Assembly: GCF_006345805.1 (NCBI RefSeq)
Contig: NC_043001.1
Location: forward strand, 129,084,001-129,148,000
Origin: Octopus sinensis
Lineage: Eukaryota
Direction of reading: 5' to 3'
Length of the DNA stretch: 64,000 nucleotides
The position numbers and the translations under genes are program-made. Every line of letters starts with the position of its first letter. Within the stretch, counting starts at the first letter, position 1. The notes under the pieces are model-generated. The model was not told where the DNA came from. It ran no database searches and saw only the letters and a program-made list of their open reading frames with translations. Below are positions 28,165 to 40,704 of the stretch, one piece after another.

Positions 28165-29700
28165 AGCATAGGAGGAAGGGAGGAGGAGGAGGAGGTGCTG
28201 GTATTGAGGGCTTTAGGAGTAAGAGATGATGATGATGAGGAGGAGGAGCAGGTAGTGGTGTAGAATGTTTTAGGAGTTAGTGGTGTATATATGGAGGAGA
28301 AGGAGGCAGTGGTGTAGAATGCTTTAGGAGTAAGTGGTGTATATATGGAGGAGAAGGAGGCAGTGGTATAGAGTGCTCTAGGAGTAAGAGGTGGAGATGT
28401 GGAGGAGGTGGTGTAGAATGTGTAAGAAGAGGATGAGGAGGAGGCTTAGAATAAAGAGGTACAAGAAGTCTGGAGTGTAGAGCAGAAGGTGCTAAGTGTG
28501 ACAGAGTAGGAATAAGTGTAGAGTTTGTGGGAGGTGTCGGAGTATAGGAGTAGGGTGTGGAAAAGTATGAGGTGTAGAGACGTATAGAGAGTGGAGGATA
28601 GGAGGTGAGAGAGCGGAAGAGGGGGTAGGAGTGTAGGGGTAGGAGTGAAGTATGAGGGTTAGCATAGGAGGAGAAGGGAGGAGGAGGAGGTACTGGTATT
28701 GAGGGCTTTAGGAGTAAGAGATGATGAAGAGGAGGAGGAGCAGGTAGTGGTGTAGAATGCTTTAGGAGTAAGTGGTGTTTATATGGAGGAGAAGGAGGCA
28801 GTGGTGTAGAATACTCTAGGAGTAAGAGGTGGAGATGTGGAGGAGGTGGTATAGAATGTGTAAGAAGAGGGTGAGGAGGAGGCTTAGAATAAAGAGGTAC
28901 AAGAAGTCTGGAGTGTAGAGCAGAAGGTGCTAAGTGTGACAGAGTAGGAATAAGTGTAGAGTTTGTGGGAGGTGTCGGAGTATAGGAGTAGGGTGTGGAA
29001 AAGTATGAGGTGTAGAGACGTATAGAGAGTGGAGGAGTAGGAGGTGTAGAGAGCTGGAAGAGTAGGAGTGTAGAGAGTGAAGTATGAGGGTTAGCATAGG
29101 AGGAAGGGAGGAAAAGTGGGTGTGGAAGAGTATGAGGTGTAGAAACTAAAAGAGTGGGAGATGTAAAGGGTAAGGGAGTGGGAGGTGTAGAGGGTGGAGG
29201 AATAGGAGATGTAGAGAGTAGAGGAGTAGGAGGTGTAGATGGTGGAGTATGAGGGTTAGTGTCAGGAAGAGTAGGGGGGGGGGTTCAGCCAATGGAGGAG
29301 TAGGAAAAGTAGAGTGTAGAAGGTAAAGGAATAGCTGTAAAGGGTAGGGGTGCAGGAGATGTCAGTGTGGGGGAATAGGAAGGATAGAGTGCAGGAGAGT
29401 AGGAAATGTAGAGGGTAGAGAAGTAGGAGGTGTAAAGAGAGGAGAAGGAGGAGTTGGATGTGGAACATGGAAGGCGGATGATGTGGAAGAAGAGGTGCAG
29501 AGGATAGAAGAAAAGATGGAAAGTATGACAAAGCAAGTAAGGAGGTATGGAGAGTTTGAGGAGTAGAAAGTGTAGAGAGTAGAAAGGGTAGGAGTTATAG
29601 TTCATGGAAGTGTGAATAGGAGGTAAAGAGAGTGGCAGAAGAGGAGGAATGGAAAGTTGAGAAACAGGAAGAGACTTTGGAAACTGTTGTAATGTAATGG
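28165..29700. repeat. Purine-rich low-complexity tract with a ~430-500 bp tandem duplication
   Basis: Units start agcataggagg at 28165, 28661 and 29093; unit 1 carries an extra 54-bp internal duplication. Confidence 0.9.
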
Positions 29701-29906
29701 TAGTGGTAGTGGTGGAGGGGAGCTGTGGTGTATCAGCATCCACTCCTAAAAACTGCAAAAATATTGCAAGAGGAGGTTAAAGATCTTGAAATTTTCAAAC
29801 CACTAGTAATCCACACACACACACACGCACACATCACATGCATACGTGACAGGTTTCCACACGTTTTCCATCAACCAAATTTATCCACTGGTTGGTCTTG
29901 AACCAT

Positions 29907-30263
29907 TCATCATCATCATCATCATCATCGTTTAACGTCCGTTTTCCGCGCTAGCACGGATTTGGACGGTTCGACCGGGGTCTGGGAAGCTGGGGGCTGC
30001 TCCAGGCTCCAGTCTGATCTGGCAGAGTTTCTACGGCTGGATGCCCTTCCTAATGCCAACCACTCCGCGAGTGTAGTGGGTGCTTTTTACGTGCCACCTG
30101 CACAGGTTCCAGGGGGGGTTCGGCATCGGCCACGATCGGTTGGAGCTTTTAACGTGCCAGCAGCACGGAAGCCAGCCAAGGTGGCGCTGGCAACGTTCGG
30201 ATGGTGCTTTTTATGTGCCACCAGCACAGAAGCCAGTCGGAGCGGCGCTGGCATTGGCCACGT
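29907..30263 (-). mobile_element. Family D (RTE 3' UTR)
   Basis: (cat)n cgtttaacgtccg...gctggatgcccttcctaatgccaac...gtgctttttacgtgcca x3. Confidence 0.85.
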
Positions 30264-30335
30264 TTGGATTATAGAAGATATATGCTCAAGGTGCTTCATG
30301 GCGTGACAGAACCAAAAATCCTGTGGTTGCAAAGT

Positions 30336-30504
30336 AAGCTGCCGGACGAGATAGTGAAGATGCCGACGACCGCTCGGTTCAAAGTCTCTCTTGACCAGAA
30401 ATGGCCTGAACTCTTTGTATGACCACTCTCCCTGTACATAACTCCCTGTCCCCCTACAAGGCCTTGCTTCTGCTTTTTGAGCCAATAAAAATTGAATTGA
30501 ATTA
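30336..30504 (+). mobile_element. CR1/L2-like LINE extreme 3' end
   Basis: KLPDEIVKMPTTARFKVSLDQKWPELFV* resembles the CR1 ORF2 end; short 3' UTR, aataaa, (gaatt)n tail. Confidence 0.7.
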
Positions 30505-30617
30505 ACCTTCTGAACCACATAGCCATGCCTGCACCTACTGAAAAACAAAAAGAATAAAAGAAGAATACAAATGTCTGTACAAAGTGAAAGCATGCAAGTG
30601 GAAGGAATTGGTAGAAG

Positions 30618-30848
30618 GCGGCGAGCTGGCAGAAGCGTTAGCATGCCGGGTGAAATGCGTAGCCGTATTTCGTCTGCCGTTACGTTCTGAGTTCAAATAC
30701 CGCCGAGGTCAACTTTGCCTTTCATCCTTTCGGGGTCGATAAATTAAGTACCAGTTACGCACTGGGGTCGATAATCGACTTAATCCATTTGTCTCTCCTT
30801 GTTTGTCCCCTCTGTGTTTAGCCCCTTGTGGGTAGTAAGTAAAGAAAT
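30618..30848 (+). mobile_element. SINE family A, full-length young copy with 15-bp TSD
   Basis: aggaattggtagaag at 30603-30617 and 30849-30863. Confidence 0.95.
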
Positions 30849-31095
30849 AGGAATTGGTAGAAGAGTACTGACGAAGATGAGTATAGAACTGGTAAGGTCT
30901 GATTTCAAGATACTTACAGTGGAATTGATGAAAAACTGTAACAACTAGTGAGACATCAGGATAAAAAAAAAGGCCTCATCTAACCCATGCCAGCATGGAA
31001 AAGCGTACCTAATGATGACAATGATGATGGTAATATATATCATACGCACACATACAAACATTCAAAAGAAAGAGATAAAATTTAAAATGACTAAC

Positions 31096-31256
31096 AGGCA
31101 CAAGCATGGCTGTGTGGTAAGAAACTTGCTTCCCAACCACATGGTTCCATGTTCAGTCCCACTGCATGGCACCTTGGGCAAGTGTCTTCTACTATAGCCT
31201 CAGACTGACCAAAGCCTCGAGAGTAGGTTTGGTAGACAGAAACTGAAAGAAGACTG

Positions 31257-31302
<46 letters not shown>

Positions 31303-31314
31303 TGTGTGTGTATA

Positions 31315-31346
<32 letters not shown>

Positions 31347-31556
31347 GTTTGTGTGTCTGTGTTTGTCCCACCCACTCCACCATCGTTTGACAACCGATGT
31401 TGATGTGTTTACATCCCAGTAACTTAGCGGTTTGGCAAAATAAACCAATAGAATAAATACTAGGCTTACAAAGAATAAGTCATGGGGTGATTCGTTTGAC
31501 TAATGGTGCTCCAGCATGGACACACTCGAATGACTGAAACAAGTAAAAGAATAAAA
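31096..31556 (+). mobile_element. SINE family B
   Basis: Head, internal microsatellite and tail colinear with the other copies. Confidence 0.88.
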
Positions 31557-31864
31557 ATTATCAGTTGTAGAAATGTCTCTATACTATTTTCCACCCCCCC
31601 TTCACCCCAACTTTATTGATATCTCTCCCCCACCCCCTGCTCCCTTCTGTCTAGCTGGCCCCCGCCATGTTTCTTTATGTAGTTCTCCTATTCAGTACAT
31701 ATCAGCGAACAATCTGAATTCTAGATCATTTTAGATAACCCGTGCCTACACACAAACATATGGATATACACAAGACAGACACACACATATATGTAGCTAC
31801 AAAACGATAGGTGCATATACACAGTTATACATACATTTACAGAGTGCTTCACAAAAACACAAGC

Positions 31865-31933
<69 letters not shown>

Positions 31934-32292
31934 ACATATATATATACACACACACATGCACACAAGCTCTCTCTCTCTCAAATACACAGTGGAGATGCGT
32001 TCATACATGCACACGCATATACACATACACAAACACACCACACTCTCTCTCTCTCAGACACATAGTGGACATACATTCATATGTGCATACACACACGCAC
32101 ACACACACACACACTCAGTGGACATACCTCTCTCAGTGGACATACATTCATATATGCATACACATACGCACACATACACACGTGTGCACATACACGCACA
32201 AAGAGAGAAACTATTACACACAGTAAAACACATATATACACAAGGCATGCATTCATATAAAAAATCATAGAATGATACATTACACACACACA

Positions 32293-32339
<47 letters not shown>

Positions 32340-32641
32340 ACATTGAGTGCTACACAAAAATATATGCACATACAACAGGCATACATTCATATAGATAGTC
32401 ACAAAAGAATAGATGTATACACACACATGCACACACACACACACATACATATACACACAATTATGGAAAGTACAACACACTAACATACATATACACACAA
32501 GTCATAAATTCATAAATGTAGTCACACAAAGTTACATGTATGCAAACACACATATAAATATATACACAGACTGCCACATATAAATACACAATGTCTGCAT
32601 ACACACAAGACATGCATTCATATACACAACTTACAATGATG

Positions 32642-32686
<45 letters not shown>

Positions 32687-32843
32687 TCACACACACTCAC
32701 ACACAGAGGGTTACTTGGATGGCCATATGCACATGTATACATCTAAGATGTTTATATACACAATCACACAAAAGTATATGCCTACACATAATATATACAC
32801 ATTTATACAAATTGCTACACACACACACATGCGCACACACATA

Positions 32844-33215
32844 CCTGCAAACCAGGGTGTCACCACCCGCAATGCGGAAGAGAGAAAAACCAATAAATAC
32901 AAGGGCTTGGCTGGCCACTATCAGCTTGTGCCAACTGCCATCGAAATGCCAGGTGTTCTAGGACCCCATATTACCAATTTCCTCTGCAAAATAGGGACAA
33001 TGGTGACCTGTCAAAGAAATGAGCCCCATGTGGTGGAGTGGCAATACTCTCAGGGTTATCACTGTGGGCCACAGCTGAGCACATATGTTCTGGGGTATGT
33101 GGTCCATCACCCCCTCTTCTATCTTCTGCTGCTTTACCCCCTCTCCTTTTTTCATTTCTTACTTTTCCTTTCGTATCTCTCTTTTTTTCCCCTGTTTCTT
33201 TGTATTTCAATGTTA
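32844..33215 (+). mobile_element. CRE-clade-like non-LTR retrotransposon 3' fragment (RLE domain C-terminus)
   Basis: NAEERKTNKYKGLAGHYQLVPTAIEMPGVLGPHITNFLCKIG...EW then VAIL resembles the CRE-type AE..K..KY..L...Y.F.P.A.ET.G..G motif. Confidence 0.65.
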
Positions 33216-33602
33216 TTCTCTTTTACTTGTTTCAGTCATTTGACTGCGGCCATGCTGCAGTACCACCTCTAGTCGAGCAAGTCGACCCCGGTACTTATTC
33301 TTTGTAAGCCCAGTACTTATTTTATCGGTCTCTTTTGCCGAACCGCTAAGTGACAGGGACGTAAATGCACCAGCAATGCTAGGGGGACAAACACAAATAT
33401 ACACGCACACACACATATACATATATATACATATATACGACGGGCTTCTTTCAGTTTCCGTCTACCAAATCCACTCACAAGGCTTTGGTCGGCCCAAGGC
33501 TATAACAGAAGACACTTGCCCAAGGTGCCACGCAGTGGGACTGAACCCGGAACCATGTGGCTGGTTAGCAAGCTACTTACCACACAGCCACTCCTGTGCC
33601 TA
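33213..33602 (-). mobile_element. SINE family B, full length
   Basis: Reverse complement of the 21005 copy. Confidence 0.92.
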
Positions 33603-34060
33603 TGTTATGTTTAATTCAATTTCACTACTCAAACAACTCATGCAGTATGTAACACATTGTCTACAGAACACATAATCTACATAGTATAAGCACTATACAA
33701 TCACATACAATAAAACAACACAACTTGAGGAAAGTATATTTGGCATAATCACTGCCCAATAATATACCACAAACCACAAAGCACAAAACTCTACACAAAC
33801 AATATCACCTGATTAATACTATAACGAATGACGCCAATTGCACAACACATAACAATCTGATAAAACACTAAAATAAGACCAGAAACAAGACAAACCTCAC
33901 AACAGAACACGACAGAACAACACTGACATTGTATACAAACACAGTTTTATATTTCCAGAAGACAATGCTATAAACATCACAGAAACACAGAGGATTTGTG
34001 TCCTGGGAGATGCAACAGAAATTTGCATAAACTGTTGAAAACATGAAAATGATGATGATG

Positions 34061-34110
<50 letters not shown>

Positions 34111-34959
34111 CAGAAACAGACGGGTTTATCATAGCAGCCCAAGATCAATGCCTACCTACAAGAAAATACTAGGCCAACATATTAAAGAATGGCGGTAGCC
34201 CAACATATCGTTTATATCAACAACAACATGAAACCATTCATCATGTTGTCACCATGTGCAGTCTTCTTGCACCTACAAAGTGTGTCAACAGGCATGATAG
34301 AGCTGCACAATATATTCACTAGGTAATTTGCAGAAACTTGGACCTGCCCCATGATAAAAACTAGTGGAACACAAACCACCTCCAGTGCTTGAAAATGATC
34401 ACATCTCACTCGTCTGGAAATTCACCATTCAAGCTGACTGAAAGATAGATGCAAATAGGTCAGATATCATATTGAAAGACTTCAGACAAAAATCATGCCT
34501 CCTCATTTATGACTGTCCCAATCGATATAAACATATCTACCAAGACCTACCAAAAACTGAGCAAGAATAATGATCTTGAAATAGAAATTAGCAAAACGTG
34601 GAACTTGAAGACAAAAACAATATCTGTTGTCATAGATGCCCTGGGAATGACAGCAAAAGGGGCTGATTGCTACCTAGCTCAGATACCAGGAAACCCCAAA
34701 ATGGCTGAAATTTAAAAGTTAGTGTTCATGGGAACTGCCCTATCCTACATAAAAATACTGTCTGTGTAATCTCAAACTTTAAAACAATCACATAATTTTC
34801 TTATGGTTTCTTAAACATTCTCTAGAACAATACTATGTACAAAACCAAATATATGACACTCTAGGCATAACACCAACATGAACTTCTACCTTATTGTCTC
34901 TTGAGGTCTCTGAATGAGACTTGGAGCCAACTTGTACAAATGCAAAGCAAAAGTCAAAC

Positions 34960-34961
<2 letters not shown>
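34111..34961 (+). mobile_element. R4/Dong LINE 3' fragment, copy 1
   Basis: RHDRAAQYIH...KIDANRSDIILKDFRQKSCLLI...PIDINISTKTYQKLSK..DLEIEISKTWNLKTKT; stops and frameshifts. Confidence 0.9.
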
Positions 34962-34999
<38 letters not shown>

Positions 35000-35008
35000 T
35001 AATAATAA

Positions 35009-35039
<31 letters not shown>

Positions 35040-35291
35040 AAGAATCCTTCATACTAAAGGCCTAAAATTTGGTGGTGGGAGTCTAGTCGATTACATTGAC
35101 CCCAGTGTTTCACAGGTACTTAATTTAATGACCCTAAAAGGATGAAAGGCAAAGTTGGACTTGATGGAATTTGAACTCAGAACATAGCAATGGGCAAAAT
35201 GCTGCAAAGCATTTTGTCCAGTGTGTTAATGATTCTGCCATCTCGCTACCGTAATGATGATGATAATAATAATAATAATAATAATAATAAT

Positions 35292-36139
35292 CAGAACAGA
35301 CGGGTTTATCATAGCAGCCCAAGATCAATGCCTACCTACAAGAAAATACTAGGCCAACATATTAAAGAATGGCGGTAGCCCAACATATCGTTTATATCAA
35401 CAACAACATGAAACCATTCATCATGTTGTCACCATGTGCAGTCTTCTTGCACCTACAAAGTGTGTCAACAGGCATGATAGAGCTGCACAATATATTCACT
35501 AGGTAATTTGCAGAAACTTGGACCTGCCCCATGATAAAAACTAGTGGAACACAAACCACCTCCAGTGCTTGAAAATGATCACATCTCACTCGTCTGGAAA
35601 TTCACCATTCAAGCTGACTGAAAGATAGATGCAAATAGGTCAGATATCATATTGAAAGACTTCAGACAAAAATCATGCCTCCTCATTTATGACTGTCCCA
35701 ATCGATATAAACATATCTACCAAGACCTACCAAAAACTGAGCAAGAATAATGATCTTGAAATAGAAATTAGCAAAACGTGGAACTTGAAGACAAAAACAA
35801 TATCTGTTGTCATAGATGCCCTGGGAATGACAGCAAAAGGGGCTGATTGCTACCTAGCTCAGATACCAGGAAACCCCAAAATGGCTGAAATTTAAAAGTT
35901 AGTGTTCATGGGAACTGCCCTATCCTACATAAAAATACTGTCTGTGTAATCTCAAACTTTAAAACAATCACATAATTTTCTTATGGTTTCTTAAACATTC
36001 TCTAGAACAATACTATGTACAAAACCAAATATATGACACTCTAGGCATAACACCAACATGAACTTCTACCTTATTGTCTCTTGAGGTCTCTGAATGAGAC
36101 TTGGAGCCAACTTGTACAAATGCAAAGCAAAAGTCAAAC

Positions 36140-36141
<2 letters not shown>
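35292..36141 (+). mobile_element. R4/Dong LINE 3' fragment, copy 2
   Basis: Essentially identical to 34111-34961 (the tracked ORFs are identical, offset 1180). Confidence 0.9.
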
Positions 36142-36218
<77 letters not shown>

Positions 36219-36469
36219 AAGAATCCTTCATACTAAAGGCCTAAAATTTGGTGGTGGGAGTCTAGTCGATTACATTGACCCCAGTGTTTCACAGGTACTT
36301 AATTTAATGACCCTAAAAGGATGAAAGGCAAAGTTGGACTTGATGGAATTTGAACTCAGAACATAGCAATGGGCAAAATGCTGCAAAGCATTTTGTCCAG
36401 TGTGTTAATGATTCTGCCATCTCGCTACCGTAATGATGATGATAATAATAATAATAATAATAATAATAA

Positions 36470-37025
36470 ATGCCCTGATGCAGTACCAGACAGTGGCTCT
36501 CATGGCTTCTGATCTTAACTGATTGGAAGTGTTATCATGTACATTGTTTTGTCTTGGTATAAAAGATGGGCTACAGCAAATATTCTGCTCAATACCACAG
36601 ATTTGCTTGTCACTTGTTTGACCGTAACCAGTTGAGCATGTCCCTTAGTGGCTGACGATATGTGCATCTCTGATCACGAGCAGAAGTAGTGGGGGAGCAT
36701 CTTAGCCATGTGTTGAGAGGGATTCTTTGGGGTTTGACTAATTCACCTCTGGAAACATGGGTGTTTCATTCAACATCCTTAAACAACCCTTATTCAGGGA
36801 CTTTTTGAGCAGGATGGGTTACTCGACATGAAGAAAATTCTAAGTGGGCCCCACCTGCAAGGTCATGTGCTGCTTATCTTGATATGAGATCACCATGTCG
36901 CGCACATATGGTTGTGATGCATGTGCCTAGTGTACTCTTATCAGACGGGTAGTCATAATGGGTATACGGGGCTTCGTATATTTTACCCTAGTGTCACTTT
37001 GATGGCATGCACTGCTCTCTCACTC
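36470..37025 (+). mobile_element. Unclassified ~555-bp non-coding element (family E), full length, in (TAA)n
   Basis: Reverse-complement copy at 61313-61869 and deleted copy at 12263; ends shared. Confidence 0.9.
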
Positions 37026-37050
37026 AATAATAATAATCATAATAATAATC

Positions 37051-37086
<36 letters not shown>

Positions 37087-37093
<7 letters not shown>

Positions 37094-37194
37094 TAATGAT
37101 GATGATTTCAAATTTTGGCACAAAACCAGCAATTTTAGGGAGGGGGTTAAGTAGATTACATCTACCTCAGTGTTGAACTGGTCCTTATTCTATG
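37087..37194 (-). mobile_element. SINE family A fragment split by the Gypsy insertion (continues at 40986-41100)
   Basis: ...ctggtccttattctat | LTR element | atatcgaccctga... reconstitutes the family A core. Confidence 0.7.
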
Positions 37195-37455
37195 TGTTGT
37201 GATGAGAGTCATGATGCCTCCTTGTGAGAGAGAGACTGGTCCGATTAAAGTATAAATAGTAATGATTCAAGTGAGTTCAGAGTTCGGTTTTGAGTGAAGT
37301 TTGTGTTAGTTTGCAGTGATGTTGGAAGGTGTCAGTTGGTTAGTTCACAAGGAATATTGATTGTTGGTTCGTAAAGAGATTTGTTAGTTCGTTACATTGT
37401 TGTTACTGTTGTCTGGTTATCTAATTTATTGTATGTAACAAATTACATTACAACA
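37195..37455 (+). repeat. 5' LTR
   Basis: TGTTG...CAACA; direct repeat of 40705-40985. Confidence 0.92.
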
Positions 37456-37457
37456 TA

Positions 37458-37467
37458 TGGTGTCAAG
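37458..37467 (+). promoter_or_regulatory. Primer-binding site
   Basis: TGGTGTCAAG two bases after the 5' LTR. Confidence 0.7.
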
Positions 37468-37659
37468 GGTTTCGAAGCTCAATAACAATTTGTTTGTGAT
37501 ACAACTTGTTAAATAATGGAAGACCTATTAGCTTCCATAGTACAGTGGTAAAAGCAACAACAAGCACGGCAACTGGGGTGGTAGAAGCAACTATTACAGC
37601 AACAACTACAACAACAATTATTGGAGCTATATTCAAAGATGTCCAAAAGTGAGATAAGT

Positions 37660-38185
37660 TTGTTTTCACCAGATGGCATTTTGAACTCGATTAATGAATT
37701 CAGTTTTAACCAAGAGGAGAGTATACCTCTTGCATCGTACTACAGAAGGTATGGGGAAATTTTTAAGTAAAATTGCAAATCATGGTTGGATGAACGAAAA
37801 TTGAGATTGTCATTGCGAAAATTATCTGTTAGATCTTGAACATTTCTGTAATTTCATATTGCCCAAAAAACCCAATGAAATTTGTTTCAAAGAAACAATA
37901 GAATTACTGTCTAACATATTTGGTGATAAAACTTCTCTACTTAACACTCGAATGGAATGTTGGGATATAATGAAAAAGAGAATGATGATTTTATCACATA
38001 TGTAGGAACAGTCAACAGGATGTGTGAAAGTTTTAAACTCAAAGAACTTACACCTGAGATGTTCAAGTGTCTTATTTTGATATAAGGCTTTACAGCAAGC
38101 AAAGATACAGAAATTCGAGCAAGAATTCTTTAAATTGGAACAAACCAACTAAGGTCTAACCTTATAGTCCATGGTAGAAGAACAA
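37660..38185 (+). pseudogene. gag: Gypsy gag remnant
   Basis: SPDGILNSINEFSF...RRYGEIF...YVGTVNRMCESFKLKELTPEMFKCLI...DTEIRARIL across frameshifts. Confidence 0.8.
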
Positions 38186-40260
38186 AGGATGCACTACCGA
38201 CCACAGAAGATATTTTTATAAAACTAAACAGAAGAAAAATATTTTCAAAACTTGATCTCTCTGATGTATATCTACAAATCAAAGTAGATAAAAAAAATAT
38301 TCAAAGCTGTAAATGATCAACACACACAGAAGTCTATACAAAGACAATAGACTACCTTTTGGACTGAAAGTAGCACCTACAATATTTCAACAGGTGATGG
38401 ATGCAATGTTGGCAGACTGTCGATTTGCCAGTCCTTACCTTGATGACATGTTAATCAAAAGCGAATCATGGAATGAGCATATTGAACACATGAAGTGTGT
38501 CTTTAAAAATATTAAAGATTATGGTTTCACACTTAGTGAAGAGAAGTGTGAATTTCTTTTGCCTAAAATCAGATACCAAGGTCAAATCATAGATAAGAAT
38601 GGAAGACGTCCTGACCCATCGAGTGCAGACATAATCAAGAATATACCTCCTCCAATGAATATACCAACATTACAAGCTTTAGTTGGCCTAGTAAATTGCT
38701 ATTCCAAATATACATAAATTCAAAACACCATTAAATGATTTACTAAAAAAAGAAGTAAAATGGAATTGGTCAGTGAAGTGCCAAAATGCATTTGAAGACA
38801 TAAAGAAAATACTAATTTCTGACTTGTCACTAGTGCCTTTCGATCTTAAAATGGACATTGTTGTAGTGTATGATGCTCTGGAGTATGGAATGGGAGCAGT
38901 CTTGCTATACAAGTATAAAGATGGAAATATGAAGCCAATAGTTCATGCTTCATGTTCACTTATAGCAGCAGAAAAATAGTATAGTCAGATAGAGAAGGAG
39001 GCTCTATCGATTATTTTTGCTGTAAAAAAATTTCAAAAATTTCTACATGGTAGAAGATTTTTTTACAAACCAACCATCGACCATAGCTATCAATTTTTGG
39101 ATCAAAAAAGGGATTGCCCACCCATGCAGTGAACCAGCTACAATACTGGGGTACAATATTGCTGAACTACAATTTTACGATGCAGTATATTCCGCCAAAG
39201 AAAATTGGTCATGCAGACTGCTTATCGAGGTTAATTCCCAAGAGCATGGAACCACTAGAAGAAACTGTGATAGCATCATTGCAGTCAGAAAATGAAGCAA
39301 GAAGTATTGTGTGTAATATAATCCAGGAACTTCCGGTGACAGTGCATGATATAAAAATGAAATCCTTAGAGGATAGTTACATAACAAGAATGAAAGAACC
39401 ATTGGAAAATAAGCATAATGAAAATACAAATTCAAATAATTCCTCACTATGCAACGATGTCTTAATGTATACGCAGGGAGTAGTAGTACCAAGTACACTA
39501 CAGAAAAGAGTATTGCAACAATTCCACTGTGGGCACCCGGGAATGTCTAGAATGAAAGCTTTAATGAGGAACTTTGTATATTGGCTGACTATGGACAAGG
39601 ACATTGAGAAATTGTTGAAAGTATGTAGTGGCTGCACATTGGCAACCAAAGCACCACCAGTAAAATACCAATCATAGCTGAAGACAGAGGCCATGGTCCA
39701 GGATACATCTCGACTATGCTGAACCAGTGAACAGCGCATACTATCTAATCATTGTGGATAGCTATACAAAGTGGCCAGAGTTATGTAGTTGTAATAAATC
39801 CATAGCAAAGCTAACAATAAAGTTCCGACTTGAGTTATTTGCTCAATATGGTGCTCCAGACATGTTAGTTTCAGATAATGGAACACAATTCACAAGATAT
39901 GAATTAAGAAATTTCTGCAAAAAACATGCCATAAAGCATATATTTACCCCACCCTACCACTTGAGGTCAAATGGGCAGGTGGAAAGATTAGTCGATACAT
40001 TCAAAAGAGCTCTAAGAAAAGCTAGGAACAAGCTGGATAATGATGAGGCACTAACAAAATTTTTGAGAGTATATAGAATAACACAAAATCCAAATACTAA
40101 TTCAAGAAAGTTATCAGCAGAGTTTATGTTCGTGCATAAAATAAAATTGATCTTCGATAAATTATTGCCAGGAAAGACAAAAAATACATTTGTAAAGGAA
40201 AGACAAAAAATACATTTGAAGGAAATACAAGAAATATTACAAGACATTTCGAAGTAGGAG
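38186..40260 (+). pseudogene. pol: Gypsy pol remnant (RT, RNase H, integrase)
   Basis: FSKLDLSDVYLQI, NRLPFGLKVAP, YLDD, DALEYGMGAVL, YSQIEKEALSIIFAV, HCGHPGM...C..C, IVDSYTKWPE, LVSDNGTQF, SNGQVERLV. Confidence 0.95.
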
Positions 40261-40680
40261 ATAAAGTTCATTTTAAAAATGACAATAATGGTAAAGAAGG
40301 TTGGGAGGATGGCTATGTAATCAAAAGATTAGATAATATGATGCATTCCATTAAAGGACAACATTAGGAACAAAAGAGACACCGTAACTAGTTAAAGATG
40401 AGACATATAGAAGAAGGAAGGGTAATACCAATGGAAGTCTTCTATGATATGTTTGAAGTGTCAACACCAAGAGATATTGAACTCTGTTGAACTAGCTTCA
40501 GAAAACGAAAACAGACTGAATATCAGGAAGTATTACCCAAACAAAAAAGATATTAAATTTTCAAAAAACAAAAAACATAAAAGTGCTAACAAGAATGTTT
40601 AGTACAACAAAAAGAAAAAGTGCTGTGTGCAACGAACAATACTACCTTAAAAGTCGGATAACAATTAAGATACAACAACT

Positions 40681-40704
40681 AAAAGAAAAGAAAATAGGGA
40701 GAGG
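40681..40704 (+). promoter_or_regulatory. Polypurine tract
   Basis: aaaagaaaagaaaatagggagagg immediately before the 3' LTR. Confidence 0.75.

Larger units (their letters stand above)
34061..36468. repeat. ~1.18-kb direct tandem duplication (R4 fragment + (TAA)(GAA) + SINE A fragment)
   Basis: Offsets 1178-1181; the differences I could see lie in microsatellite lengths and one base at the start. Confidence 0.95.

Noticed and set aside
28080-28170. Possible splice acceptor ttttaacag followed by an exon
   Set aside because: No matching donor or recognisable translation; a single motif is insufficient
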